Shown here: positions 10,465 to 20,410 of the stretch, piece after piece
Layout of the letters: every line of letters begins with the position of its first letter
How positions within the stretch are numbered: position 1 is the stretch's first letter
DNA from: Bacteroidota bacterium
Lineage (GTDB): Bacteria; Bacteroidota; Bacteroidia; AKYH767-A; OLB10
Direction of reading: 5' to 3'
DNA: 64,000 nt
NCBI GenBank assembly: GCA_016713525.1
Contig: JADJOZ010000007.1
Location: 95,033 to 159,032, forward strand
Notes under the pieces: model-generated
What the model was told of the DNA's origin: nothing
The model's database searches: none
What the model saw: only the letters and a program-made list of their open reading frames with translations
Program-made: the position numbers and the translations under genes

Positions 10465-11770
10465 AATGGTACAGCGAAAAGATCAAACTCTCCGGCAGAT
10501 GTTATTTTACAATTCACAAATGACCCGACCCGCAAATAAGTGTCTTTGGCTTCAATCAACACTTCATTATCTACTTCCGGAGAATCGGCTTCCGAACGGC
10601 CAATATAATACATTCCCTCTTTTCTGTCAATAAGGACTTTTCTATTCTTCCCACTTTTGCTTCATTTATTTCTGCTGAAATTTCCTGTTGAAGTGCCATA
10701 ACCGCAGCAACACGATCCTGCTTAACTTCTTCAGGTACATCATCAATTAATGAATAGGCATGGGTATTTTCTTCATGGGAATAAGTGAAAATTCCAAGGC
10801 GATCGAACCGTGCTTCCTTAATGAATTGCAACATTTCCTGATGATCCTGTTCTGTTTCACCCGGATATCCGGCTATCATGGTTGTTCTGATAGTAATACC
10901 CGGCACTTTTTCACGAATCCGAGTAAGCAATTCATAGGTTTTTTTACGGGTAGTTCCCCGTCGCATTGACTTCAGCATGGCATCACTGATATGTTGCAAT
11001 GGAATATCCAGATATTTACAAATGGTAGGTTCTTCCCGCATAACATCCAGAATATCTTCCGGGAATCCTGATGGAAATGCATAATGTAAGCGAATCCATT
11101 CAATTCCCTCCACTTTTGCAAGTGCACGCATAAGATCTGCCAACTTACGGTCTTTATAAATATCAAGACCATAATAGGTCGAATCCTGAGCTATCAGCAA
11201 CAATTCCTTGGTTCCTTTGGCAGCAAGTTCCGTCGCTTCAGCAACCAGTTTTTCAATTGGTTTTGAAATGTGGTTCCCACGCATCAAAGGAATTGCACAA
11301 AAGGAACAGGGACGATCACAGCCTTCAGAAATTTTGAGATATGCAAAATGCCGCGGTGTCGTAAGCATTCTTTCACCAACAAGTTCATTCTTATAATCTG
11401 CACCTAATGTATTCAGTAAAAGCGGTAAATCACGGGTTCCGAAAAAGTGATCTACATTGGGAATTTCCTTTTCCAGATCCGGCTTATACCGTTCAGATAA
11501 ACAACCGGTAACAATAAGTTTATCTATTTTACCTGCAGCTTTTTCTTTGGCAAAATGCAAAATAGTATCAATCGATTCCTGCTTTGCGTTATCGATAAAT
11601 CCACAGGTATTAATAATAACAATATCGGAAGCCATAGTCTTACTCTCATGCACTGCTTCAATATCATTTGCAAGTAATTGTCCCATGAGAACTTCAGAAT
11701 CCACAACATTCTTGGAACAACCAAGTGTTATAACATTTACACGATTATTTTTTGTCGATTTTGTTCTCAC
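10461..11770 (-). CDS. rimO: ribosomal protein S12 methylthiotransferase RimO, with apparent 1-nt frameshift near 10638-10641
   Basis: N-terminal MTTase domain; radical-SAM CSFCAIP; TRAM domain (KVLIDRKEGMYYIGRSEADSPEVDNEVLIE...FDLFAVPF*) continues in the -1 frame after an A4 run. Confidence 0.8.
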
Positions 11771-11779
11771 AATTAGCTT

Positions 11780-12307
11780 TTAATAGAATGCATTAAAATT
11801 AGATTTGTCATATTGTATTCTGACTTCTGCCGGAAGCATTGGATTAATGAAATTAAAAATCAAATCAGAATACCTCACCCAGCAATTTTCCGTGCGATAC
11901 CACATCTGCTTATTTTTTCTTGAAAGATGAATTTCCATCAACCGGGGATAGTATGATTTATGATCGTAATCCACAGGATTAAAATCGTTCCGGTATAGAT
12001 CATCCAAAGAGTCGAGTGGAAATGCATTTAAGAATTTGCGAAGTGTATTCTTTTCTTTTTTAGTGAGAGACCTTGCCAGATATTTCACCGGTGTTCTGCC
12101 AAAATCACCAACACCCAAAATACTAAGAGAATCATTCAGTATCTGGTACTCAATTTTATTATTGTAAATAGCTGCATTATCAGTTATTTTAATCGAATAG
12201 CCAAATGGTTGTGCCGATAGATGCTGCAGATTTAAGACAAAAAGTAAACCAACCAACAGGAACGGGTAAAAACAGAATCCATGGTAAGTGAATGAGGTGA
12301 GTTTCAT
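11780..12307 (-). CDS. secreted protein of unknown function
   Basis: 175 aa with signal peptide. Confidence 0.4.
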   Translation of the reverse strand: MKLTSFTYHGFCFYPFLLVGLLFVLNLQHLSAQPFGYSIKITDNAAIYNNKIEYQILNDSLSILGVGDFGRTPVKYLARSLTKKEKNTLRKFLNAFPLDSLDDLYRNDFNPVDYDHKSYYPRLMEIHLSRKNKQMWYRTENCWVRYSDLIFNFINPMLPAEVRIQYDKSNFNAFY

Positions 12308-12338
12308 AGCCGCAGCAGGTCGATTAATTTTTCACAGA

Positions 12339-13297
12339 TTAAACATCTTCTTTAAAAAGTGAATCTACAAATTCCGCACGGTCAAATGTCTGCAGATCTT
12401 CCATTTTTTCTCCTACACCAATATACTTTACAGGAATTTTAAACTGATCGGAAACACCAATCACCACACCACCTTTAGCAGTACCATCAAGTTTTGTCAA
12501 TGCCAAAGCATTAACTTCTGTAGCGGCGGTGAATTGTTTAGCTTGCTCAATTGCGTTCTGACCGGTGGATGCATCCAGAACAAGCAATACTTCATGTGGT
12601 GCTTCCGGAACTACCTTCTGCATAACACGCTTGATCTTTGAAAGTTCATTCATCAGATTAATCTTATTATGCAAACGACCGGCAGTATCAATAATACAAA
12701 CATCCACATCCTGCGCAACAGCAGCCTGTACCGTATCGAAAGCAACAGAGGCAGGATCGGCACCCATTCCCTGACTGACAATTGGAACGTCGACTCGATT
12801 CGACCATATGGTAAGCTGATCAACTGCAGCTGCACGGAAAGTATCAGCAGCACCTAAAAGAACCTTCTTTCCTTCTTTTTTAAATTGATATGCAAGCTTA
12901 CCTATTGTGGTAGTTTTTCCTACTCCGTTTACGCCAACAACCATTATTACATAAGGCTTTGGTACGGGACCGGTATTGGTAATCTTACCAAAAGCTTTTT
13001 CGTTTTCAGTCAATAAATCGGTAATCTCTTCCCTAAGTAACCGGTTTAATTCAGATGTACTTATAAACTTATCACGGGCTACACGTTTCTGCAATCTGTC
13101 AATAACCTTCAAAGTGGTTGTTACCCCAACATCAGAAGATAATAAAATTTCTTCAATGCTATCCAAAACATCATCATCAACAGTTGATTTCCCAATAACT
13201 GCTTTGGTGAGACGCGAAAAACACTTTCACGGGTTTTAGATAAACCCTGATCTAAATCTTCTTTCTTGCCTTTTTTAAAGAAATCGAATAATCCCAT
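12339..13297 (-). CDS. ftsY: signal recognition particle receptor FtsY, with apparent 1-nt frameshift near 13217-13221
   Basis: NG domain GVNGVGKTTTIGKLA, DTAGR; N-terminus MGLFDFFKKGKKEDLDQGLSKTRESVF is in another frame and joins at an A5/T5 homopolymer. Confidence 0.8.
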
Positions 13298-13320
13298 GAA
13301 TTATCAGGTTTAGAAATAAA

Positions 13321-13356
13321 TAAAAAAAAGCTTCCTTCATTATTGAAAGAAGCTCT
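13321..13356 (-). terminator. rho-independent terminator downstream of the DUF4295 gene
   Basis: Minus-strand hairpin AGCTTCTTTCAATAATGAAGGAAGCT followed by T8. Confidence 0.45.
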
Positions 13357-13376
13357 AACCATTTAAGAAGATATTA

Positions 13377-13532
13377 TTACTTATCTTTCAAAAAATCTTT
13401 GATGTGATCGTTATGCACGACCTCTTCTTTAAAGGTATAGCCCCCGCTTACAGGTGACTTTACCATTTTTATAACTTTGGAAAATTCTTTTCCTTTTCCA
13501 GTCTTTAGTGTTGCAACTACTTTCTTTGCCAT
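13377..13532 (-). CDS. DUF4295 family small protein
   Basis: 51 aa MAKKVVATLKTGKGKEFSKVIKMVKSPVSGGYTFKEEVVHNDHIKDFLKDK; conserved position between rpmG and ftsY in Bacteroidota. Confidence 0.6.
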   Translation of the reverse strand: MAKKVVATLKTGKGKEFSKVIKMVKSPVSGGYTFKEEVVHNDHIKDFLKDK

Positions 13533-13552
13533 GTCCTTTAAAAGTTAATGGA

Positions 13553-13734
13553 TTACTTGATTTCTTTATGAACTGTTACTTTCTTAAGAATTGGATTGAA
13601 TTTTTTCAATTCTAACCTTTCTGAAGTGTTCTTCTTGTTTTCGTGGTAATGTAGCGAGATGTTCCAGGCATGCCACTGGTCTTATGCTCCGTGCATTCCA
13701 TTATAACCTGGATTCTGTTACCTTTCTTTGCCAT
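13553..13734 (-). CDS. rpmG: 50S ribosomal protein L33, with apparent 1-nt frameshift (A4 run near 13638-13641)
   Basis: Translation [32 protein letters not shown]|[28 protein letters not shown] needs one extra A; span is 182 nt, not 183. Confidence 0.7.
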
Positions 13735-13806
13735 CTTGAATAGTGGTTTTTATTTAGAGCCTGCAAAGATATAACGAACCAACGAAAAAGACAAATATCC
13801 CGGCAA

Positions 13807-15234
13807 TTATTTAATCTGGTCAAAAAGCGTTTGTTGTTGCATCAAATCCTCTAATGCCTCAATGGTTTTAGGTAATGCATCCGACATTACAAATGGCTGA
13901 CTTTCAGTTATTAACACATCATCTTCGATCCGTACTCCTATATTCCACCATTTTTTATCACAATCAGAACCTTCCGGAATATAGATTCCAGGCTCAACTG
14001 TTATGACCATTCCCGGTTCCAATTGACCATATAAACCGGGATCATGCACTTCTAAACCGAGATAATGAGATGTTCCATGATTGAAATAAGTTCCTGATTG
14101 TTCCGGTTTGGAAATGATTCCCAGTTTCACCAGACCTTTTGCAATTACATCTTTGGCAGCCTGATTGGGGTCATTAAACCTATTTCCTTTGACTGCTTTT
14201 TCGATTCCGGCCAATTGAGCTTCCAACACCAGATTATAGATTGCTTTTTGTTCTTCCGAAAATGTGCCATCTACAGGAACGGTCCGTGTTACATCAGCGG
14301 TATAGCCATGATACTCGGCTCCCATATCCATTAATAACATATCGTTTGGCTCAAGTACTTTCCTGTTGGTGACATAATGCAGCACACAGGAATTAATTCC
14401 CGATCCTGAAATAGAGCCATATCCCGGATACTCGGAACCCATATGTTTAAAATAGAATTCGACGATTGCCTGTGCCTGATATTCAGTCATGCCGGGTTTG
14501 CATGCTTTAATAGCTTCCGACAATCCCTGCAAAGTAATATCAACTGCTTTTTGCATTAATACTATTTCCTCAGGAGTTTTAATCTGACGAAGAGAAGCCA
14601 ACGCATTCATTAAACTGCCAGCAGCAAATTCTTTTCCCGCTTCCTGCAAAGTTTCTTTCAGAAGTGAAGCCATTGTATTCAGCGATCCGCTCGCTCCACT
14701 TTTTTCTCTTATATCCGTGGGATATTTAACCAACACTTTATTGAAAGTCTCAACCGGAGGAGGACTATCTTTCCATTGCTTTCCCGAAACAACAGTTTTG
14801 AATTGCAGCTTTTCTTTAACCCCCTCTATTCCTAATCGTCGGCCATTCCAAACTTCTTTCTTAAGGTCTCTGTCCTGAACGTAAATTAACTCATCAATCA
14901 TTGCTCCCTTGAACGATACAGGTTCACTAAAAATAAACAACACAGAATTTGGCTCAAGCAATCCTGTCAGATAACAGAAATCGGGATCCTGGGAGTATTG
15001 AAAATCGACATCATTGGAGCGGTTTCGAATGGGATTGGCAAAAATGACCGCACAGGTTGAAGGGCCCAACTTTTTTCGTAACAAATCTCTTCGTTGCTGA
15101 TGAAATGACGGTGGCAGCTGATCGGTGTCGTAAAAGTTCTGCTGAGCAGATATTGACCCAATTCCGCAAAATAACAAAAGGATCAAAATAGCAGGTATTT
15201 TAAATATACCAAATGCTATTTTGATCCCTTTCAT
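13807..15234 (-). CDS. pepP: Xaa-Pro aminopeptidase (M24B, aminopeptidase P) with signal peptide
   Basis: 475 aa; AMP_N domain plus M24 fold with metal ligands DMG...HGTSHYLGLEVHD...E..; N-terminal signal sequence. Confidence 0.75.
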   Translation of the reverse strand: MKGIKIAFGIFKIPAILILLLFCGIGSISAQQNFYDTDQLPPSFHQQRRDLLRKKLGPSTCAVIFANPIRNRSNDVDFQYSQDPDFCYLTGLLEPNSVLFIFSEPVSFKGAMIDELIYVQDRDLKKEVWNGRRLGIEGVKEKLQFKTVVSGKQWKDSPPPVETFNKVLVKYPTDIREKSGASGSLNTMASLLKETLQEAGKEFAAGSLMNALASLRQIKTPEEIVLMQKAVDITLQGLSEAIKACKPGMTEYQAQAIVEFYFKHMGSEYPGYGSISGSGINSCVLHYVTNRKVLEPNDMLLMDMGAEYHGYTADVTRTVPVDGTFSEEQKAIYNLVLEAQLAGIEKAVKGNRFNDPNQAAKDVIAKGLVKLGIISKPEQSGTYFNHGTSHYLGLEVHDPGLYGQLEPGMVITVEPGIYIPEGSDCDKKWWNIGVRIEDDVLITESQPFVMSDALPKTIEALEDLMQQQTLFDQIK

Positions 15235-15251
15235 ATGGAATCTTTTTAAGA

Positions 15252-15485
15252 TCAGAGTTTACCGGTTTTCAGCACCTGATTGATACAAGCTGAAATACCT
15301 TTCTTATTGATTGTACGCAAAGCAGATGTAGATACTTTTAAAGTGATCCATTCTCCTGTTTCAGGAAGAAAGAATTTTTTCATCTGCAAATTCGGATTGA
15401 ATCTGCGCTTTGTTTTCTTATTGGAGAAGGAAACATTATTTCCTACAATCGACTTTTTTCCTGTTAAATCGCAAATCCTTGACAT
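15252..15485 (-). CDS. rpmB: 50S ribosomal protein L28
   Basis: 77 aa MSRICDLTGKK...SFSNKKTKRRFNPNLQ. Confidence 0.85.
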   Translation of the reverse strand: MSRICDLTGKKSIVGNNVSFSNKKTKRRFNPNLQMKKFFLPETGEWITLKVSTSALRTINKKGISACINQVLKTGKL

Positions 15486-15563
15486 GACGCTAATTATTAA
15501 ATTCTGAATAAGGAGCGCAAAGATACAATTTTTGATTTCTTATTCCAAACGGTTTTTAAATAT

Positions 15564-16842
15564 TTAATCTGCAAGTCCTAAAATTTCTTTTCGAAGCATT
15601 GAAAAAGCCGAAATTGCAGTGATCTGAATATTCCGCAACCGATCATTTCCAAATTGAAATTTCTTGGCTATCAATACATTGGGGCCTGCCAAGCCAATCC
15701 ATACGGTTCCTACCGGTTTTTCGGCTGTACCTCCTCCGGGACCGGCAATTCCTGTAGTTGATATAGCCCAGGTTGAACCCAAAGTACTTCGGACTCCTTC
15801 AGCCATTGCCTTGGCAACCTCCTCGCTAACAGCACCCTTCTCTGCAATTACGGCTGGCGAAACACCTAAAAACCGGGTCTTAACTTCATTGGCATACGAA
15901 ATGGTTGAGCCAATATAATAAGTAGAGCTTCCGGGGACTGAAGTTATTAAATGAGAAACATACCCACCGGTGCAACTCTCGGCAACTGCCAGTGTTTGAT
16001 TTTTCTCTATCAATAATTTGCCAACTATTTTCTCCGGAGTATCGTCATTGTATCCATATATATACTTCCCAATCAACAATTTAGCTTTTTCCACCTCTTC
16101 CATTAACTGAACTTCAAGGGTGTCATTTGATTGATAACAACTCAGACGTAATCTGACCATGCCGGTTGAAGGCAGATAAGCCAATTTAAAATATGGAGGT
16201 AATCGTGTTTCCCATGGTTCCAGTAAATCCGAAAAAAGATTCGCCTACTCCTGTGGTAATAATTGTTTGGTGACTGACTTTAGGCAATTTAAACAACAAC
16301 GAAAGTTTAGGAATCACTACTTCATCCATCATAGCCTTCATTTCGTAAGGTACTCCGGGCATGGAGACAATTACTTTGCCTTCAAAATCGAACCACATTC
16401 CGGGTGCTGTTCCATTCTTGTTATAAACGGGTGTACAATTTGCTGGTATTTCAGCTTGTTTGCGATTGGTTTCTGTTAATTCCCGTCCCCGAGATTTGAA
16501 GTAAACTGATAAATCGTGCACCACTTTTGCATCTTCAATCAGAGTAGTATTAAAAAAACGACAAAGAGTATCTTTCGTCAGGTCATCTTTGGTGGGTCCC
16601 AAACCGCCAGTAATCAATACAATAGCTGATCGGTTCAAAGCTGCCTTTAACTCTTTTGTAATATGCTCAGGATCATCACTTACAGAAGTCATTTGTTTAA
16701 CCCGGATGCCGGCTTCATTCAAACGCGTTGCCATCCAGGCCGAGTTCGTATCTATTACTTGTCCGATGAGAAGTTCATCGCCGATGGTTATAATTTCACA
16801 ATTCATAATGCAAAGATGCACAAGTCCTGAATAAATTGGCAA
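15564..16842 (-). CDS. cinA: competence/damage-inducible protein CinA, with apparent 1-nt frameshift near 16232-16237
   Basis: N-terminal MoCF-binding domain (ITIGDELLIGQVIDTNS) and C-terminal CinA domain (LAVAESCTGGY); ...TTGVGESF continues as FSDLLEPWETRLPPYFKLAYLPSTGMV in the +1 frame after a T6 run. Confidence 0.75.
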
Positions 16843-16903
16843 AGGATTTGTAATCGGGTTCGGGTACTTGTAAATTTAACCCCTGAAAACACTCTCTTTA
16901 ATT

Positions 16904-17626
16904 ATGAAAAATTCCCTTAAAATAGCGCTATTCCTTATTATTGGTCTGGTTACCAATGCTTCTGCTCAAGTAAACATTAACAATGTACTCAATTCAGCTA
17001 ACTCGATTTTAGGAGGTGGCCTTTCAAACGATAAAATTGTAAATGGCTTGAAAGAGGCGCTTTCTGTAGGTTCCAAAAATTCAACAGAGAAAGCTTCCAA
17101 AACAGATGGGTTTTATAAAAATCCTTTGATTAAAATACCTTTTCCAAAGGAAGCAAAGCAGATGGAATCAACTTTGAAATCGTTAGGTATGCAAAAACAG
17201 GTTGAATCGTTTGTTATGACCATGAACAGAGCGGCTGAAGATGCTTCAAAAAAAGCAGCTCCTATTTTTATAAATGCCATCACCAAAATGAGCATCAAAG
17301 ATGGAGTAAACATTTTGCGAGGTAATGATAACGCAGCTACTGAATTTTTAAAATCAAGCACTTCTTCTCCTCTTAAAGCAGAATTTAAACCTGTTGTAAA
17401 AACATCTTTGCAGAAAGTTCAAATCACTAAATACTGGACTCCTTTGGTAAAGACTTACAACAGAGTTCCAATGGTTAAGAAAATGAATCCTGATTTGGAT
17501 GATTATGTAACAACACTTGCCATTGATGGTTTATTCAAATTAATTGCTGCAGAAGAGCTGAAAATTAGAAAAGATCCGAAAGCGCGTGTTTCGGATCTTT
17601 TGAAAGAAGTTTTTGGTAAGAAGTAA
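16904..17626 (+). CDS. secreted protein of unknown function (DUF4197-like)
   Basis: 240 aa with signal peptide; Lys-rich, predicted helical. Confidence 0.4.
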   Translation: MKNSLKIALFLIIGLVTNASAQVNINNVLNSANSILGGGLSNDKIVNGLKEALSVGSKNSTEKASKTDGFYKNPLIKIPFPKEAKQMESTLKSLGMQKQVESFVMTMNRAAEDASKKAAPIFINAITKMSIKDGVNILRGNDNAATEFLKSSTSSPLKAEFKPVVKTSLQKVQITKYWTPLVKTYNRVPMVKKMNPDLDDYVTTLAIDGLFKLIAAEELKIRKDPKARVSDLLKEVFGKK

Positions 17627-17630
17627 TATA

Positions 17631-18518
17631 TTAGAAGGTAACCGTAATTTTATCTGGATCAACTTCTGCCGGGTGAACACTCAGCACGGGAATTCTTGAA
17701 TTATTCACAACTTTAGTTGCATATGTTCCGAGCAAAAATCCGGTAATGGATGGCTCTTGTTCAGTCATTATAACCAGCAAGTCGGCATCGGCTTCTTCTG
17801 CAGCTTTCATAGTCATCCCTGACAAATCATTCCCTTCCAGGAATCGGGTATCATAACTCAAATCTTGTTGCACAATATATTCTTCAACCTGCTCGATCTT
17901 TATTTTGAATTTGCGAATGAGATCTGCATTTGAAAAGTTTATTAGACCAACAACGTGGATATGAGCCCCATAAAAACGGGCAATTGCAACGGCAAAAGGA
18001 ACTTTCTGTCTTGATTCGTTCGACTCATCAATTGGAAGCACAATTTTTTTGAATCCAATTCCTTTGGCATGTGTTTGTACTGAAATTACAGGACACGGGG
18101 CTTCCTGAACAACTCTGGAAGTATTGGTTCCAACAGTAAATTTCTGGTATCCACTTGAACCGTGAGTTCCCATAACAATGATATCGGCATCAATTTCTTT
18201 GGCTACCTGACAAATTTTCTTGTAAATCCGTCCAACTTCCGTCCTTATGGAAAGCGTGATTCCGGCTTTCATATGGAGATCGTGAGCCAGTTGATCCAGT
18301 TTTTCATTGGTAGCGGTTTCGATTTTCTTTTCGAATCCACTCAATGCATGACTGATTGCGGAAGTAAATGATACGGTTTCTACAATATGAAGCAGGGTAA
18401 TTTCAGCCTTCATAAGTTTAGCCATGAATACTGCATGTTCCAGACTCAGATCTGCAGTTTCGGAGAAATCGTACGGAATGAGTATTTTTTTGATAAAATC
18501 GTCTTGGTGTGTGCTCAT
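17631..18518 (-). CDS. tandem-domain universal stress protein (UspA family)
   Basis: 295 aa; two USP domains, each ending in G..G(S/A)..G.....GS motifs (VMGTHGSSGYQKFTVGTNTSRVV). Confidence 0.7.
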   Translation of the reverse strand: MSTHQDDFIKKILIPYDFSETADLSLEHAVFMAKLMKAEITLLHIVETVSFTSAISHALSGFEKKIETATNEKLDQLAHDLHMKAGITLSIRTEVGRIYKKICQVAKEIDADIIVMGTHGSSGYQKFTVGTNTSRVVQEAPCPVISVQTHAKGIGFKKIVLPIDESNESRQKVPFAVAIARFYGAHIHVVGLINFSNADLIRKFKIKIEQVEEYIVQQDLSYDTRFLEGNDLSGMTMKAAEEADADLLVIMTEQEPSITGFLLGTYATKVVNNSRIPVLSVHPAEVDPDKITVTF

Positions 18519-18549
18519 GGTTATATTTTTAAGGTAAGACGTTAAATTT

Positions 18550-19431
18550 CTATTGAAGAACGTATGTGGTAGTATCTTTTTTTGGCGGTGGTCTGATCGA
18601 GAGAACGGGTATTTCTGACTTATTTATAATTTCCTGTGGTGCCGAAGATATAAACATATCTGTAAAACCAACCTCCTGCTGAGTCATTATCATAATCAGG
18701 CCAGCTTCAACACGGTTTGCGGTCGCAATGATTTCCTCGGCAACATCTGATCCTGAAACAACCTCGGATGTACATTTGATACCACCTTCTTCAATAAATT
18801 CCTGTACCTGATTCATTTGACGGGTAAGTTTATTAGTAAGAAACTCATCCTCACTTTCCAAAATTGTTACAATATGAATAATTGACCCAAACATGGTTGC
18901 AAGCTCAATAGCCTTGTCTACTTTTTCTTTGGTCTCTTTGGTAAGATCCAAAGGTAGCAGAATATGTCTGCATCCGAAACGATGTTCCTTGCCTTTAATT
19001 GTAATTACTGGACATTCTGACTCTCTGACGACACGCGAAGCATTCGAACCAAGAATTTTCTTCTTTAACCCCACAGCCCCCATGGTACCCATCACAATAA
19101 AAGCAGCATTCAGATCTTTGGCGGCTTCAACTATCTCGTCATAAATCTTCCCTGTTCGGGTAACTACGTTCACTTTTACTCCGGCTTCCGATTGCACTTT
19201 TTCAGCTAACTCTTTAAGCCTTAAGCCAATATCATCACGCAAGTGCGTTTCATAATTATGTTTGGCAGAAACAATATCCTGAAAAGGCTTGAGGAAATCT
19301 TCATCAATCACATTCAATAGCGTAATTTCCGATTTCGTTAAACGAGCCAGATTGAAGGATTGCCTCAGGGCAATCATGGATTGTTCACCAAAATCAATAG
19401 GAATTACAATTTGCTTTACTTCGGTACTCAT
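18550..19431 (-). CDS. tandem-domain universal stress protein (UspA family)
   Basis: 293 aa; paralog of the previous ORF (VMGTMGAVGLKKKILGSNASRVV). Confidence 0.7.
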   Translation of the reverse strand: MSTEVKQIVIPIDFGEQSMIALRQSFNLARLTKSEITLLNVIDEDFLKPFQDIVSAKHNYETHLRDDIGLRLKELAEKVQSEAGVKVNVVTRTGKIYDEIVEAAKDLNAAFIVMGTMGAVGLKKKILGSNASRVVRESECPVITIKGKEHRFGCRHILLPLDLTKETKEKVDKAIELATMFGSIIHIVTILESEDEFLTNKLTRQMNQVQEFIEEGGIKCTSEVVSGSDVAEEIIATANRVEAGLIMIMTQQEVGFTDMFISSAPQEIINKSEIPVLSIRPPPKKDTTTYVLQ

Positions 19432-19440
19432 AAATTTCAG

Positions 19441-19448
19441 TTAAATTT
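19441..19448 (+). promoter_or_regulatory. Bacteroidota -7 box TAAATTTG upstream of the nucleoside phosphorylase gene
   Basis: TAnnTTTG match 30 nt upstream of the ATG at 19479. Confidence 0.3.
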
Positions 19449-19478
19449 GTTGTTCACAAAATTATACTTTCCGCAGTT

Positions 19479-20354
19479 ATGAAACAAATTCCTGAGTCAG
19501 AACTCATTCTAAATAAAGATGGAAGTGTTTACCACCTGAATCTTCACCCTGAAGATATTTCCGACCTGATAATCAATGTGGGCGACCCCGATCGGGTCTC
19601 AAAAGTGAGTGGTTTCTTTGATTCTGTTGAAGTTAAAAAGCAAAAACGGGAATTTGTAACTCACACCGGTTTTTACAACAAACGCAGAATCACTGTTTTG
19701 TCGACCGGAATTGGAACCGACAACATAGATATAGTTTACAATGAACTCGATGCCTTAGTTAATATTGATCTGAAAACCAGAGAGATAAAAGACAAGTTAA
19801 GCAGTTTAAACCTGGTCCGGATCGGAACATCCGGGGCCTTACAGGAAAATATTCCTGTGGATAGTTTTGTATGTTCCTCGTTTGGTTTGGGGCTCGATGG
19901 TTTGCTTAACTTCTACAACATGCCGGCAACTGATGAAGAATCCGAAATATTGGAGGCTTTCAACAATCACTACCCAACAGAGGGAAGACTACCTGCCTCC
20001 TATCTTACTAAATCACCCGGCAACCTGTTCGAAATACTGTCTCCGGGTATGCACTCCGGAATTACAGCATCGTGTTCCGGATTTTACGGACCTCAGGGAA
20101 GAGAATTACGCCTTACTCCCTATCGGCCAGACATTGTAGAAAGATTGAATGCATTTAACTTCAAAAACCATCTGATCACCAACTTTGAAATGGAAACGGG
20201 GGCCATGTATGGATTGGCAAGAATGCTTGGGCATCACTGCTGCTCGGTGAATGTTATTGTTGCCAATCGTTTGGCTCAAATGTATTCTAAAGATGCAGAA
20301 ACTTCCATGATGAAATTAATTGAACAGACACTTCAAAAGCTCACAACCAGTTGA
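19479..20354 (+). CDS. nucleoside phosphorylase (PNP/UDP family 1)
   Basis: 291 aa; GDPDRV phosphate-binding motif; family-1 phosphorylase topology. Confidence 0.55.
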   Translation: MKQIPESELILNKDGSVYHLNLHPEDISDLIINVGDPDRVSKVSGFFDSVEVKKQKREFVTHTGFYNKRRITVLSTGIGTDNIDIVYNELDALVNIDLKTREIKDKLSSLNLVRIGTSGALQENIPVDSFVCSSFGLGLDGLLNFYNMPATDEESEILEAFNNHYPTEGRLPASYLTKSPGNLFEILSPGMHSGITASCSGFYGPQGRELRLTPYRPDIVERLNAFNFKNHLITNFEMETGAMYGLARMLGHHCCSVNVIVANRLAQMYSKDAETSMMKLIEQTLQKLTTS

Positions 20355-20396
20355 AATAAAAAAAGGTTACTCATTTTGTGAGCAACCTTTTTTTTA
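20355..20396. terminator. bidirectional rho-independent terminator between convergent genes
   Basis: A-run, then AGGTTACTCA-TTTTG-TGAGCAACCT hairpin, then T7. Confidence 0.55.
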
Positions 20397-20410
20397 TAAT
20401 TATTTTTAGC

